Source: a virus
Taxonomy: Duplodnaviria; Caudoviricetes
DNA length: 40,795 bases
Strand: one strand, 5' to 3'
IMG/VR virus record: IMGVR_UViG_3300032292_000909
Span: 1-40,795 of that record
Below the pieces are notes generated by a model. The model was given only the letters and a program-made list of their open reading frames with translations, ran no database searches and had not been told where the DNA came from. This document shows positions 1 to 8,575 of this stretch, piece after piece (within the stretch, counting starts at the first letter, position 1; each line of letters begins with the position of its first letter). Both the position numbers and the translations under genes were made by a program.

Positions 1-569
1 AATGCTTCTACATAAGGGTTATCTTCGCGAACAGGTATAGGCTTACGACGCCCGTTAAAATGACTCGGCTCATTATGAGGGACTCTAGTAGGATAGGCCC
101 CATGTCGGTTAGTTTCGTCGGCCCACGTTGAACTATACTGTGGGCTGCAATAGCTACACTTGAGATTGCAAACATTACTAAAATTAACTTCCACATAGGT
201 AGGTATGACATCTTCATCTCCGGTTAAGTTTGTTAGATCTATATTAGCCCAGGGTTCGCCTGAACGATAATGGCGATCAGATAAGTTGCCCATGTCCTCT
301 TGTGTCCAACAGTAACTACATTCACCGGGACGTTCGTTGCGCAACATAATCTTACGCTGCTCTTTCTTATATGGTGTGTTATGCAATGCACCAGGATTGT
401 CTGCCAATAGTGTGGCATCTATTTCATGCAGTGGTGGATGATAACAACTGTTGGTCATGCCTGTGGTTAGATGCAAACTCACTTGACGCCACTTGGCATA
501 GCAACGTGCTGGACCTAGATCGGCCTGCATACGTTCGGCAGCACTCATGAAGTCGCTTTTATTTTCCAT
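1..569 (-). CDS. Radical SAM protein with N-terminal Twitch/SPASM-like Cys cluster (3' end outside window; not in ORF track)
   Basis: Hand translation from ATG at 569: MENKSDFMSAAERMQADLGPARCYAKWRQVSLHLTTGMTNSCYH...ERPGECSYCW...PTYVEVNFSNVCNLKCSYCSPQYSSTW. Contains the CxxxCxxC motif (CNLKCSYC). The frame is open to the window edge and the ATG overlaps the upstream stop (TAATG). Confidence 0.9.
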   Translation of the reverse strand, partial: MENKSDFMSAAERMQADLGPARCYAKWRQVSLHLTTGMTNSCYHPPLHEIDATLLADNPGALHNTPYKKEQRKIMLRNERPGECSYCWTQEDMGNLSDRHYRSGEPWANIDLTNLTGDEDVIPTYVEVNFSNVCNLKCSYCSPQYSSTWADETNRHGAYPTRVPHNEPSHFNGRRKPIPVREDNPYVEA

Positions 570-1120
570 TATAGTTTAGCCAACAAATGTTTCATTACAA
601 GTTCGTTACCAATCTTATCAAGATGATTGATAGTACCTGGATGCTTTTTCCAAATCCAATGTAAATTTTCTACTGTAGAGTTAATATCAAAAAAACTAAT
701 GTGCGTAACCGGAACATGTGCAGTGATTTGTTGTGCTTTCTCTATCAACAGTTGATGCATGAACTTGGCCTGTTCTAGTTCAAATACATTTTCAAACCAC
801 CAGCAGACATGATCGGCAAATTGATCACCGCGATGATTTTCTACGTCCTGAAATATCAAATCACTGTGTTGATGTGTGTTACTGTTTTGATGCAAAGGAT
901 TATGTTCTACATATATTCTATTGGGGCTAGTATGCACTACAATCACATGATCCCAAGATTGTGAAATTGATTGCTTCAACGTTTTGACAATTCTATATTC
1001 ACTACTGCCAGCCTGAGACAGATTAGTCACTTGGTATTGCCCGTTGAGATTAGTCCAACTGGCTTGATCAGCACTGGCAGCAAACGAATCACCAACTATT
1101 AGAATTTTAAATTTTACCAT
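569..1120 (-). CDS. SGNH/GDSL-fold hydrolase or acyltransferase-like protein
   Basis: N-terminal IVGDSF (block I), AGSS (block II) and C-terminal INHLDKIGN His motif. Overlaps both neighbours. Confidence 0.65.
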   Translation of the reverse strand: MVKFKILIVGDSFAASADQASWTNLNGQYQVTNLSQAGSSEYRIVKTLKQSISQSWDHVIVVHTSPNRIYVEHNPLHQNSNTHQHSDLIFQDVENHRGDQFADHVCWWFENVFELEQAKFMHQLLIEKAQQITAHVPVTHISFFDINSTVENLHWIWKKHPGTINHLDKIGNELVMKHLLAKL

Positions 1121-1926
1121 GCCGAGGTAAACGATTGTAATTTTTTCATGAACCCTGTGCTGAGTTGATGCTGATCATAATCACTCAATTGGGTGCACAC
1201 ATACTTTGCGACCCATTGATGATGCACGTTGCTGGGAGGGTGCATTTTGTTGACTTCATTGTAAAACGGTAAGCCATGATCAATGGCATAGTTAATCAAT
1301 GGCACAAAGTCAAACCACTGTTGATCTAACAGTTTGCTGACTGCAGCCACTTCGGGAGATGCTAAAAAATTCTTGTACTCTAACGGAGTGCCCAGTACCA
1401 ACGCATTGAGATCTTTTTCTAACAATTGCCAAATAGCACTGTCAAATAGTGGTACCAGACCACACGCTCTTTGCTGACATAACTGTGACAGCGAGTAGAA
1501 CAGCAATATGTTATTGATTGCACTGATATTGTTGTGATAAAAGTTTTGTTGATATAATTGCTTTACTTCGGGCCAGTGACTACCAGTACACCAAAACCCA
1601 TAGGTATCGTTGGTAGCAAATTTTCCATCCAATGTCAACGGTGGATGCTTTTGCGTTTGAAATTCTTCTACACTGCCCTGGGGGATGTACATATCAAACT
1701 TATCAATGTTGGTAAACATGGGCATACACAACACGGTTTCATTGACATCAGTATCTAATATTGCGTTGATACAACTCAATGCAATGTAATAGTTGCCGGT
1801 GCCTCGTGCCGACACATCAATGACTTTGCGAGGTTGCAATATCTCTGTGACAATATCAGCCCAGGTAAACCAAGGACTGTTGGTAATACTAGCACCAGAT
1901 ATTATCAGTGTATCAACTTGTTTCAT
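1114..1926 (-). CDS. SGNH-fold protein
   Basis: ISGASIT block I, RGTGN block II, C-terminal KMHPPSNVH. ATGA overlap with the upstream gene. Confidence 0.6.
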   Translation of the reverse strand: MKQVDTLIISGASITNSPWFTWADIVTEILQPRKVIDVSARGTGNYYIALSCINAILDTDVNETVLCMPMFTNIDKFDMYIPQGSVEEFQTQKHPPLTLDGKFATNDTYGFWCTGSHWPEVKQLYQQNFYHNNISAINNILLFYSLSQLCQQRACGLVPLFDSAIWQLLEKDLNALVLGTPLEYKNFLASPEVAAVSKLLDQQWFDFVPLINYAIDHGLPFYNEVNKMHPPSNVHHQWVAKYVCTQLSDYDQHQLSTGFMKKLQSFTSAW

Positions 1927-2993
1927 AATCTAAGATGCTGCATTAACTTGTTGCAACATTCGTCGTTTTCTTGTTTGAACAATGTTTCAAGTCGTCCACT
2001 CCAGGCTAACTCTGTATTGGCGTTGACATTGTCTTGTGATAATTCTGCTAGAGTATCGTGTGACAACTCTAATATCCAGTTGACATTGTTAAGGATGATC
2101 TCCAGTCGTTGATTGTCACGATAGTTTTCATCGTACCCTTGTGCCCAAGGATAATCAAATTTAAATCCCCAACGTTCGAGTTTCTTCTTTATAGCTGCCT
2201 GGCCGGCAAACAACAATGCATTGCCAGCAAATAGAGGCTTCCAAGTTTTTTCTGTGATATACGCAGTAGGCAACACACCAAAGTCTGGAGTCTCACTAAT
2301 ATTTTGTGTTTCGTTGATGCTGTTAATAATAGAATTGGTGTATGCAGGATGTTGAAATCCGCTGTTACTCAAAGGATTGTTAGTAAAATCTTCGGCATTG
2401 ACTTTATTATCTCTTAGATACTCACTGTGTTTTAACAACTCATCAAGTTGAAAATAGCCGGATGGCTCAAATACCCAGTTGTCAATGTTTCTAATTTCAA
2501 ACCCGCGATTCCAGCTATACAATACATCAACACTACTGCTATCCAACAGTTTGGCAGTGATAAAAAACTTATACTCACTAAGACGAGAACTAAGGCTACT
2601 AATTTTATAACGACGTTCTCTAAGAGGACTCTGTACAGGCCCTGGATTCTGTTGTCTTATTGCTGTGATCCAAGTTGTATGAGGGTTACAATAAAAATAT
2701 TTGACTCTGGGAAGTTTAACTAGATCATTGGGATCCAAGTCTGTTATGATAATAAACTCTGCCTGTGGGTTTTGTTGATATACACCAAGGAACCATGTGT
2801 CAATAAATGGCTCAAACAACCAAGAAAATATGTACAACTCACGTCCGTTGGGCACTGTTGGTGCTTGGTCAATAAAACAGTTAATCAATAAATATGCAGA
2901 ATTTGGTAGGCGATTTAAAAAACTTAAATCTAAATCTCCAAAGCAAAGATCATCACCACGTTGTTGATTTGTTTTGTAAAACCAAGGTTTCAT
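1923..2993 (-). CDS. Glycosyltransferase-like protein (GT-B, GT10 fucosyltransferase-like C-terminal motif)
   Basis: INET...AYITEKTWKPL...G...LERWGF resembles the GT10 'ENS...YITEK' nucleotide-sugar motif. Start placed at 2993 (MKPW) because of an ATGA overlap with the upstream stop. Confidence 0.5.
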   Translation of the reverse strand: MKPWFYKTNQQRGDDLCFGDLDLSFLNRLPNSAYLLINCFIDQAPTVPNGRELYIFSWLFEPFIDTWFLGVYQQNPQAEFIIITDLDPNDLVKLPRVKYFYCNPHTTWITAIRQQNPGPVQSPLRERRYKISSLSSRLSEYKFFITAKLLDSSSVDVLYSWNRGFEIRNIDNWVFEPSGYFQLDELLKHSEYLRDNKVNAEDFTNNPLSNSGFQHPAYTNSIINSINETQNISETPDFGVLPTAYITEKTWKPLFAGNALLFAGQAAIKKKLERWGFKFDYPWAQGYDENYRDNQRLEIILNNVNWILELSHDTLAELSQDNVNANTELAWSGRLETLFKQENDECCNKLMQHLRL

Positions 2994-3886
2994 TCGTGCA
3001 CCATTATACCACGATTGCGCCAATTGGCGCGATAGTGATGTTTGAAAAATCCACTTTCGCCTGCTTGTGTATAATGCATGGGCAAGTTTAATTGAGTATG
3101 CAACTCGTCGGCCATTCTACCAGCAAGTGTGTTAGGGTCTTGCGACTGCACTGACTTCCAAAGGTCTGCTAACTCATCAAAGTCTTGAACCTTTGTATGA
3201 TCCCACTCCGTGAGCATAGTCATGTAAGTACCCTGGCGTGCACCGGCGATTGCCCACTCGCCGTTTTCTACATCACGCCCAATGTTATGCCATATTGTCA
3301 AATTGTCTAGGTTACGTTGGGCCACACGGTCTTGAAACTCACTGATAGTGGGACGACGTCCACGATCCAAGCACATCTTGACACCTTCGCGAAAGCCAGC
3401 ACGCCAGGCTTGAAAGTCAGTGGTGTTGATATGTGTAGTTGAATAACAATCATGCATTGCCCAATAGCGTGGATCAAAGCAGAACTCCACAGCAGTTTCA
3501 TCACTGCCATCGCTGGCTTCGTGTGTCTGCATCGCCATCACAAACTCTCGTGTCCAGCAACTTATGCCACCATTGCCATACATTAGTCCATTGACACTAT
3601 TCCTGGCACGCCAGCGAAATACACAGTCGTGATTGGCATCATCCAACTCCAGTGTACATGAAAAAAAGCCAATATCAGGGATATTATCACCATCAACGAG
3701 CACAAAGCGATCAGTGGAACTAGACATAGCTGCCGCTTTGTGGGCAGCGTCTGACCCTTTAACGCCATCTACACGTTGCGCCCAGGGTACCATGTTCCTA
3801 ACATGTACCCAATTCGTCTCAGCATTTGGTTCATCATAAGTTAAAAATATACAGTCTAAGTCGGCAATTTCAATTTTCTGAATCAT
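2990..3886 (-). CDS. GT-A fold (GT2-like) glycosyltransferase
   Basis: N-terminal DCIFLTYDEP strand, AAHKAAA helix, FVLVDGDN DxD motif, YGNGGI. Confidence 0.65.
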   Translation of the reverse strand: MIQKIEIADLDCIFLTYDEPNAETNWVHVRNMVPWAQRVDGVKGSDAAHKAAAMSSSTDRFVLVDGDNIPDIGFFSCTLELDDANHDCVFRWRARNSVNGLMYGNGGISCWTREFVMAMQTHEASDGSDETAVEFCFDPRYWAMHDCYSTTHINTTDFQAWRAGFREGVKMCLDRGRRPTISEFQDRVAQRNLDNLTIWHNIGRDVENGEWAIAGARQGTYMTMLTEWDHTKVQDFDELADLWKSVQSQDPNTLAGRMADELHTQLNLPMHYTQAGESGFFKHHYRANWRNRGIMVHE

Positions 3887-4202
3887 AGGTTTTTACTGCC
3901 CATCGGTTAGAGGAAGAGTCGCTGACTACAGCAATATCATTGGGATCGCATGCAAATCCAACGTTGCTGGGAACTAGTTTACGACTGGTGTTTATGCTAG
4001 TACGTATCAGTTTGCCGTCACGCACTCTGACATAACTGCTGGATTGAAAAAAGGTTTCTTTGTCAATGTCAATATAGTTACCTGGTAGATCTTCCATGCT
4101 GTAGAATAAAGGTAATCCTTGATCATCATAGTACAATCTATAGAATATTGGTGCTGGCTCGGGCACAACATGTAGAATATGCCAAAATTCTTCAGGTGTC
4201 AT
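3870..4202 (-). CDS. Hypothetical protein (110 aa)
   Basis: Start reassigned to ATG at 4202 (MTPEEF), which forms an ATGA overlap with the upstream stop. Fills the operon without a gap. Confidence 0.7.
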   Translation of the reverse strand: MTPEEFWHILHVVPEPAPIFYRLYYDDQGLPLFYSMEDLPGNYIDIDKETFFQSSSYVRVRDGKLIRTSINTSRKLVPSNVGFACDPNDIAVVSDSSSNRWAVKTYDSEN

Positions 4203-4975
4203 GGCTGCCAATCCTTGATATGATAGTGAAAGGCTCCCCACTGCGCTACTGTTTGGATCCGCAAAGGATTTGTTTCCCAAACTAGTTCGCGTGTCCAATT
4301 GTCAGTGCGAGTGTTGACGATGTGTTTTTTCATGTGAACTATTTTTGGATAGCTGGCAAATGGCATAGTACACCGGTCTGGTCCAATAATCTGCGCAGCC
4401 ATGGCATACACCACATCAGTACTGGCTTCATCGTCAGCAAACTTCAACAGTCGGCGATACTCAGTCCAATGTTCAAATATATCGCGCACCAGTCGAAAAA
4501 ACTCTTTGGCTGTGTCACTCACACGCCAATATGTTATAGCATTGTAGACATCAGGCAAGTTGTTTGTGTCAAACAATTTTCTATAGAATCGAGATTGTGC
4601 GGGTTGATCGTAATAATCTCTGCACCCTGTACTGACACAGACGTCACGATGTTGCATCAGCACCCACCAATGATCAATAGACGAAGCAATGATCATGTCA
4701 GCTTCAAGTTTTATAGTTTGACGAAATGGTGACGCCTGAAACATTTGCCAGTCATTACACTGTTTGTTATTGCCGGTGCTGCAATCGCCGTGTGGCAAAG
4801 GAATCACATAATCAAATACAGAATCTGCACAACGCCGTAATGTCACCACAGCGATTTTTGCCCCAGGCTCAAACTGTCTTATGCTATGTGCCAGCTGTTG
4901 CGCACAGCGCACATAGTCAGTAGATTCGTTGTCAAGCGCCGGTATTAGATAACCACGTTCAGAGAGGATTGGCAA
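4199..4975 (-). CDS. GT-A fold (GT8-like) glycosyltransferase, EAD variant of the DxD motif
   Basis: Y...A..LA.SIR N-terminus, SPFRQTIKLEADM, late DVVYAMA and HMK motifs. TTG start with AGGAG upstream. Confidence 0.65.
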   Translation of the reverse strand: MPILSERGYLIPALDNESTDYVRCAQQLAHSIRQFEPGAKIAVVTLRRCADSVFDYVIPLPHGDCSTGNNKQCNDWQMFQASPFRQTIKLEADMIIASSIDHWWVLMQHRDVCVSTGCRDYYDQPAQSRFYRKLFDTNNLPDVYNAITYWRVSDTAKEFFRLVRDIFEHWTEYRRLLKFADDEASTDVVYAMAAQIIGPDRCTMPFASYPKIVHMKKHIVNTRTDNWTRELVWETNPLRIQTVAQWGAFHYHIKDWQP

Positions 4976-5774
4976 CTATGGCTCCTAGATCTCGTTTGCC
5001 CATGGCATGAAAACTAACTCCTCGTAATCTCACATATCTTGATGCACCAGCAGTTGAAGTATAGTTGATCTGATAGTCGTCTTTGCCGGTTTGAATTAAT
5101 TGATGGTCAGGCATCACTGTTGCCATCCTGTTTTTAATAGAATCTACTTTCAAAGTATGCCCACTGTAGATTCCCAATGCAATGCTCAACGCAAAGTCGT
5201 TGCGATACGTAGGACGCTGTATTTTATAGAGATTGCGATAGTGTTGCCAGTTATCACGTACCATTTGCATGGAATCAAATATGTACTGAGCTGCTGCGCT
5301 CTTTCTAAAAATCATTACAGTGGCCCACCACATGGGGAAATCGTGTTCGCCAAATGAGTTAAGCCGGTCAAAGTCATATCCCCCAACAGGTTCAAATGCT
5401 TCTTTGTAACATTGAAAATCTTTCGTGTTTTCTAGGTATTCTTTGAAATTGTCATTGGCCACAACAAAGTCAGCATCAACGACCAAGGTCCGATCATATG
5501 GTGTCAATGTGTAAGCATCCATGCGATTGGTATTGTACCAATCCACAGTTGCGCCAATATCTTCAAAATGTCGCGTACCAGCATTGGGCTTCTCTACCAC
5601 AATAACACGATCAAACTTATCATAGGCATCTTTGAAGTTGGGATCAATACAGTCAGTGACCAGTGACACTGGTATACCAAGATGTCGTTGGATGTTGCCG
5701 GCATTCCAACCAGCCATGGTCACGTAGTTTATTTCTTTGTTGTTAAATGCAAATATCAATGCACCAGTGGTCAT
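4959..5774 (-). CDS. GT-A fold (GT8-like) glycosyltransferase
   Basis: TPYDRTLVVDADF DxD motif, RNDFALSIA, FHAMGK. Paralogous layout to 4199-4975. ATGA overlap. Confidence 0.7.
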   Translation of the reverse strand: MTTGALIFAFNNKEINYVTMAGWNAGNIQRHLGIPVSLVTDCIDPNFKDAYDKFDRVIVVEKPNAGTRHFEDIGATVDWYNTNRMDAYTLTPYDRTLVVDADFVVANDNFKEYLENTKDFQCYKEAFEPVGGYDFDRLNSFGEHDFPMWWATVMIFRKSAAAQYIFDSMQMVRDNWQHYRNLYKIQRPTYRNDFALSIALGIYSGHTLKVDSIKNRMATVMPDHQLIQTGKDDYQINYTSTAGASRYVRLRGVSFHAMGKRDLGAIVANPL

Positions 5775-6076
5775 CGCAGTTGACTCAATTCTTCAAATTC
5801 CACTAACCAGGCTGTCATTTGTTCATTGAACCGTTCTTGACTCATTGGCAATAGTTCTTGTGTATCAATCTTAACAGGATTACCATATAAGTCTGGTAAT
5901 ACTACTTCGCCCATGCGACCACAGGTGAATATCATGGTAGTCAGTTCTGGGCCAGCACGCCACATACCACCACGATAGGCAAAAAGCATTTTGGCTTCGT
6001 ATTTTTCTCGAAGTATACGTCGGGCTGCCTCGTGATTAAAACGGGCGCGACTATGTGATAATAAGTCAGTTTCCAT
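5771..6076 (-). CDS. Hypothetical protein (101 aa), first gene of the glycosyltransferase operon
   Basis: Clean ORF directly after a promoter, with its stop overlapping the next start. Confidence 0.75.
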   Translation of the reverse strand: METDLLSHSRARFNHEAARRILREKYEAKMLFAYRGGMWRAGPELTTMIFTCGRMGEVVLPDLYGNPVKIDTQELLPMSQERFNEQMTAWLVEFEELSQLR

Positions 6077-6082
6077 CTTGTT

Positions 6083-6111
6083 ATTATACAGGAAGATTAG
6101 ATAAAAGTAAA
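6083..6111 (-). promoter_or_regulatory. Sigma70-type promoter, probably giving a leaderless transcript
   Basis: Minus strand reads TTTACT-N17-TATAAT, then only 6 nt (AACAAG) before the ATG at 6076. Confidence 0.7.
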
Positions 6112-6129
6112 GGGCCCTAAGGCCCTTTT
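6102..6129 (-). terminator. Rho-independent terminator closing the structural block
   Basis: Minus strand AAAGGGCC-TTAG-GGCCCTTT followed by ACTTTTA, about 18 nt after the stop at 6147. Confidence 0.75.
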
Positions 6130-6146
6130 GTTACCAAATTGACGTA

Positions 6147-7112
6147 TTAGGTAGTTGTTGCTGCAACAGTAGGGGTTCCCCAAGCAGCCGAAGTTAGATA
6201 AGTTGAGCTAGGTCGATAATATGTTACAATAGTTGCTGGACCTGTGCCAAATGTAGTACCACTTGGTGATGTTCCTCCCGAAAATGTATCCCCTTCGGCA
6301 TTAAACCAAGTTGTTGTTAAGTCTAATGTTGTACCTGTGTTTCCAGTTTTAGCTTGTACTTGAATATAATTGCTGGTATATGGAGCTGAATCGGCAAATT
6401 GCTTGTAGATAAGTGTGTTTGATGTTGAAAGTTGATACCAACCTGTTGTAGTTGTCAGTGTGTTAGGTGTGCCTGTGCCGCCTGATTTAGTTGTGCCTGT
6501 GTAAAGAGTGCCGGCAATATTGGCTGTTTGACTATTCACCCGTCCGGTAACTGAAATACTTCCGCATAGAGTTTGAGCCAAGTCATTCCATTCAGGATCA
6601 CCTTGATTGCCAGTAGAACTTTTTCCAAATTGAATCAACACTCGACCGCCTGCATTCCAAAAATAACGAGCTGCGTTGGCCGAAGCAAATGTCACTGTGT
6701 GAGTGAAAACAATAGTTGAGTTAGAGCCAGTAGTATCACCTGTTTTACCGCTAGTGCCTGACCAGGATGTGTACTGCGAACCAGCTGCTGATGCATTGCC
6801 ACGATTGGCAGAGATGTTGGTAATATCAGTACCAACAGCAGATAAAACAGAAATCACATCTCCAGTTGTCGGTGCTGATCTACTGGTGATAGTGGTACCA
6901 GTTTGGCTTCCCATGGAAGAGAGGGTGTTTACTAAAGTAGCCCACTGAGTTGCAGTGACAGTTGCGGCAGATGATACTGTGGTCAATGCTGCTTCGCCCC
7001 ACCCAAAATCACTGCTACCTGTTCCCCAAACAGCATTAATATTGGCCGCACCGGTTGAAACAAATCCGTTATAATCTGTGGCTTCGATCAATCCGCCTGA
7101 TGAATATGTCAT
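6147..7112 (-). CDS. Virion structural protein (Ser/Thr/Gly-rich, fibre or baseplate associated)
   Basis: Very T/S/G-rich with few charged residues. TVTFASANAARYFWNAGG motif, AAGGA RBS, located at the end of the tail block. Confidence 0.65.
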   Translation of the reverse strand: MTYSSGGLIEATDYNGFVSTGAANINAVWGTGSSDFGWGEAALTTVSSAATVTATQWATLVNTLSSMGSQTGTTITSRSAPTTGDVISVLSAVGTDITNISANRGNASAAGSQYTSWSGTSGKTGDTTGSNSTIVFTHTVTFASANAARYFWNAGGRVLIQFGKSSTGNQGDPEWNDLAQTLCGSISVTGRVNSQTANIAGTLYTGTTKSGGTGTPNTLTTTTGWYQLSTSNTLIYKQFADSAPYTSNYIQVQAKTGNTGTTLDLTTTWFNAEGDTFSGGTSPSGTTFGTGPATIVTYYRPSSTYLTSAAWGTPTVAATTT

Positions 7113-7122
7113 TACTTTGTCC

Positions 7123-8526
7123 TTACTTGATAGTTACTATGGCTTCTACCATACCTTCAGTTGATTCCACCTTGGATACCAATGCACGCCCAATAGTATT
7201 AAAGGCTGTGGCTTCGCCGAGGAGTGCTGCTCTAGCTAAACCATTCCCGGCGCTGACTAAACGATCGCCCTTGTTAACTAGACCAACACAGCGAACTGGA
7301 ACTCGTCCAGTCATTGCAACGGGCGGGTGTGTATCATCTTCACCAGCGCCGCCGTTCATTAAGAAAGCTGCTCGTGTACTTATGACCCCAAATACGTTAT
7401 CGCTGAGCTCGTTAAGAGATTTGGTAATTTCTTTGATGCCACCAAGCTCAACTACCGTTCCTGGAGCATATTCAGTGTCAGCGGCAAAACGTTCGGCAAC
7501 GTCAGCGTAAAGTGCTGTGGTAGCTGTTGCAAATACACGATTAAAATAACTTGAACTTGACCCAATATTGCCCACGGCATTGGTACCTGATTTAGTAATA
7601 CTTGCAACAGATATACCTGTAAACACTGGCGATGTATTGCCAAAGTTAACTGTTCCGTTGGCACCATCTAGAGTCATTACCACTGTGGTAACTCCGCCAT
7701 CATTAACTGAAAAATTAATATTTCCGTCTTGAGTTTGATTTTGCAACGTAACCACGGTGCCAGCAACTGAAGCTTTGAAATCGCTGTTAGATCCAACAGT
7801 CAACCCAGTGTTGTTTAACACGCCAAGTGACACGCTCATTGTCTGTCCTGTGCCACTATTGCGTACAAATCCAGAACTTGTAACACCATTTAGCAACACT
7901 GCGTTGGCAGCTGTGCCTTGAAATAACGGAGTTTGTGAACCAACTGTAGTGGCCAATGTAATACCAGGTTTGATTGTTGTAAATCCAGGAATGCCTGCTC
8001 CAGAAGGAGTGAATTCAGCATCTTGAGATACAGTACCAACCACAGTGTCTGCGACAGTGAGTTTGATAATAGTATGGGTTATACCACCTGGGGTGTCAGT
8101 GACTTGTGCTGGAATGGCACCAGTTGTACCTGTGCCTGCACTACTTTGTGGACCAACAAGAATAAATGCTGATCCGTTGTAAACATTCAGCTGCTGATTT
8201 ACGCTGTCATACCATAAATCACCCAAAACATTATTTGTTGGTGCAGTAGACGATGCCGTCGCTGCAGAAATAGTTTTAAATGTAGAACCGTTGTATACTT
8301 TTAGTAAGTTAGAGGACTTATCCCACCAAAGCTGCCCGGTTAATGGATTGCCTGGAGCAGTTACGCTGGCGCCATTTTCCAGTAAGTGAATAAAGTTACC
8401 ATCTAAAAACTCGCCGTAGCCAGCATAATTCTTACCAACGAGAATCATACTACTTTGAGTATTGATAGTACCGTCTGCAATAGTTGCAAACGGTGTACCG
8501 TCTGTTAAGTTAATCTGATAAGCCAT
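7123..8526 (-). CDS. Tail fibre-like structural protein with C-terminal intramolecular-chaperone (peptidase G2-like) domain
   Basis: P..GQLWWD / GDLWYD fibre repeats. C-terminus YADVAERF...PGTVV...FGVIST...PVAMTGRVPVRCVG.V.KGDRLVS. Confidence 0.7.
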   Translation of the reverse strand: MAYQINLTDGTPFATIADGTINTQSSMILVGKNYAGYGEFLDGNFIHLLENGASVTAPGNPLTGQLWWDKSSNLLKVYNGSTFKTISAATASSTAPTNNVLGDLWYDSVNQQLNVYNGSAFILVGPQSSAGTGTTGAIPAQVTDTPGGITHTIIKLTVADTVVGTVSQDAEFTPSGAGIPGFTTIKPGITLATTVGSQTPLFQGTAANAVLLNGVTSSGFVRNSGTGQTMSVSLGVLNNTGLTVGSNSDFKASVAGTVVTLQNQTQDGNINFSVNDGGVTTVVMTLDGANGTVNFGNTSPVFTGISVASITKSGTNAVGNIGSSSSYFNRVFATATTALYADVAERFAADTEYAPGTVVELGGIKEITKSLNELSDNVFGVISTRAAFLMNGGAGEDDTHPPVAMTGRVPVRCVGLVNKGDRLVSAGNGLARAALLGEATAFNTIGRALVSKVESTEGMVEAIVTIK

Positions 8527-8547
8527 TTCTAACTTGTCCTTGTCAGT

Positions 8548-8555
8548 TATTTATA
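8548..8555 (-). promoter_or_regulatory. T4-type late promoter TATAAATA
   Basis: Exact TATAAATA on the minus strand, 21 nt upstream of the ATG at 8526. A second CATAAATA lies at 8573-8580. Confidence 0.75.
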
Positions 8556-8575
8556 AGTTGAAAATCTACACATAT

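Noticed and set aside
8-217. 69-aa hydrophobic ORF from the track
   Set aside because: It is an alternate frame inside the radical SAM gene (1-569), which has clear catalytic motifs.
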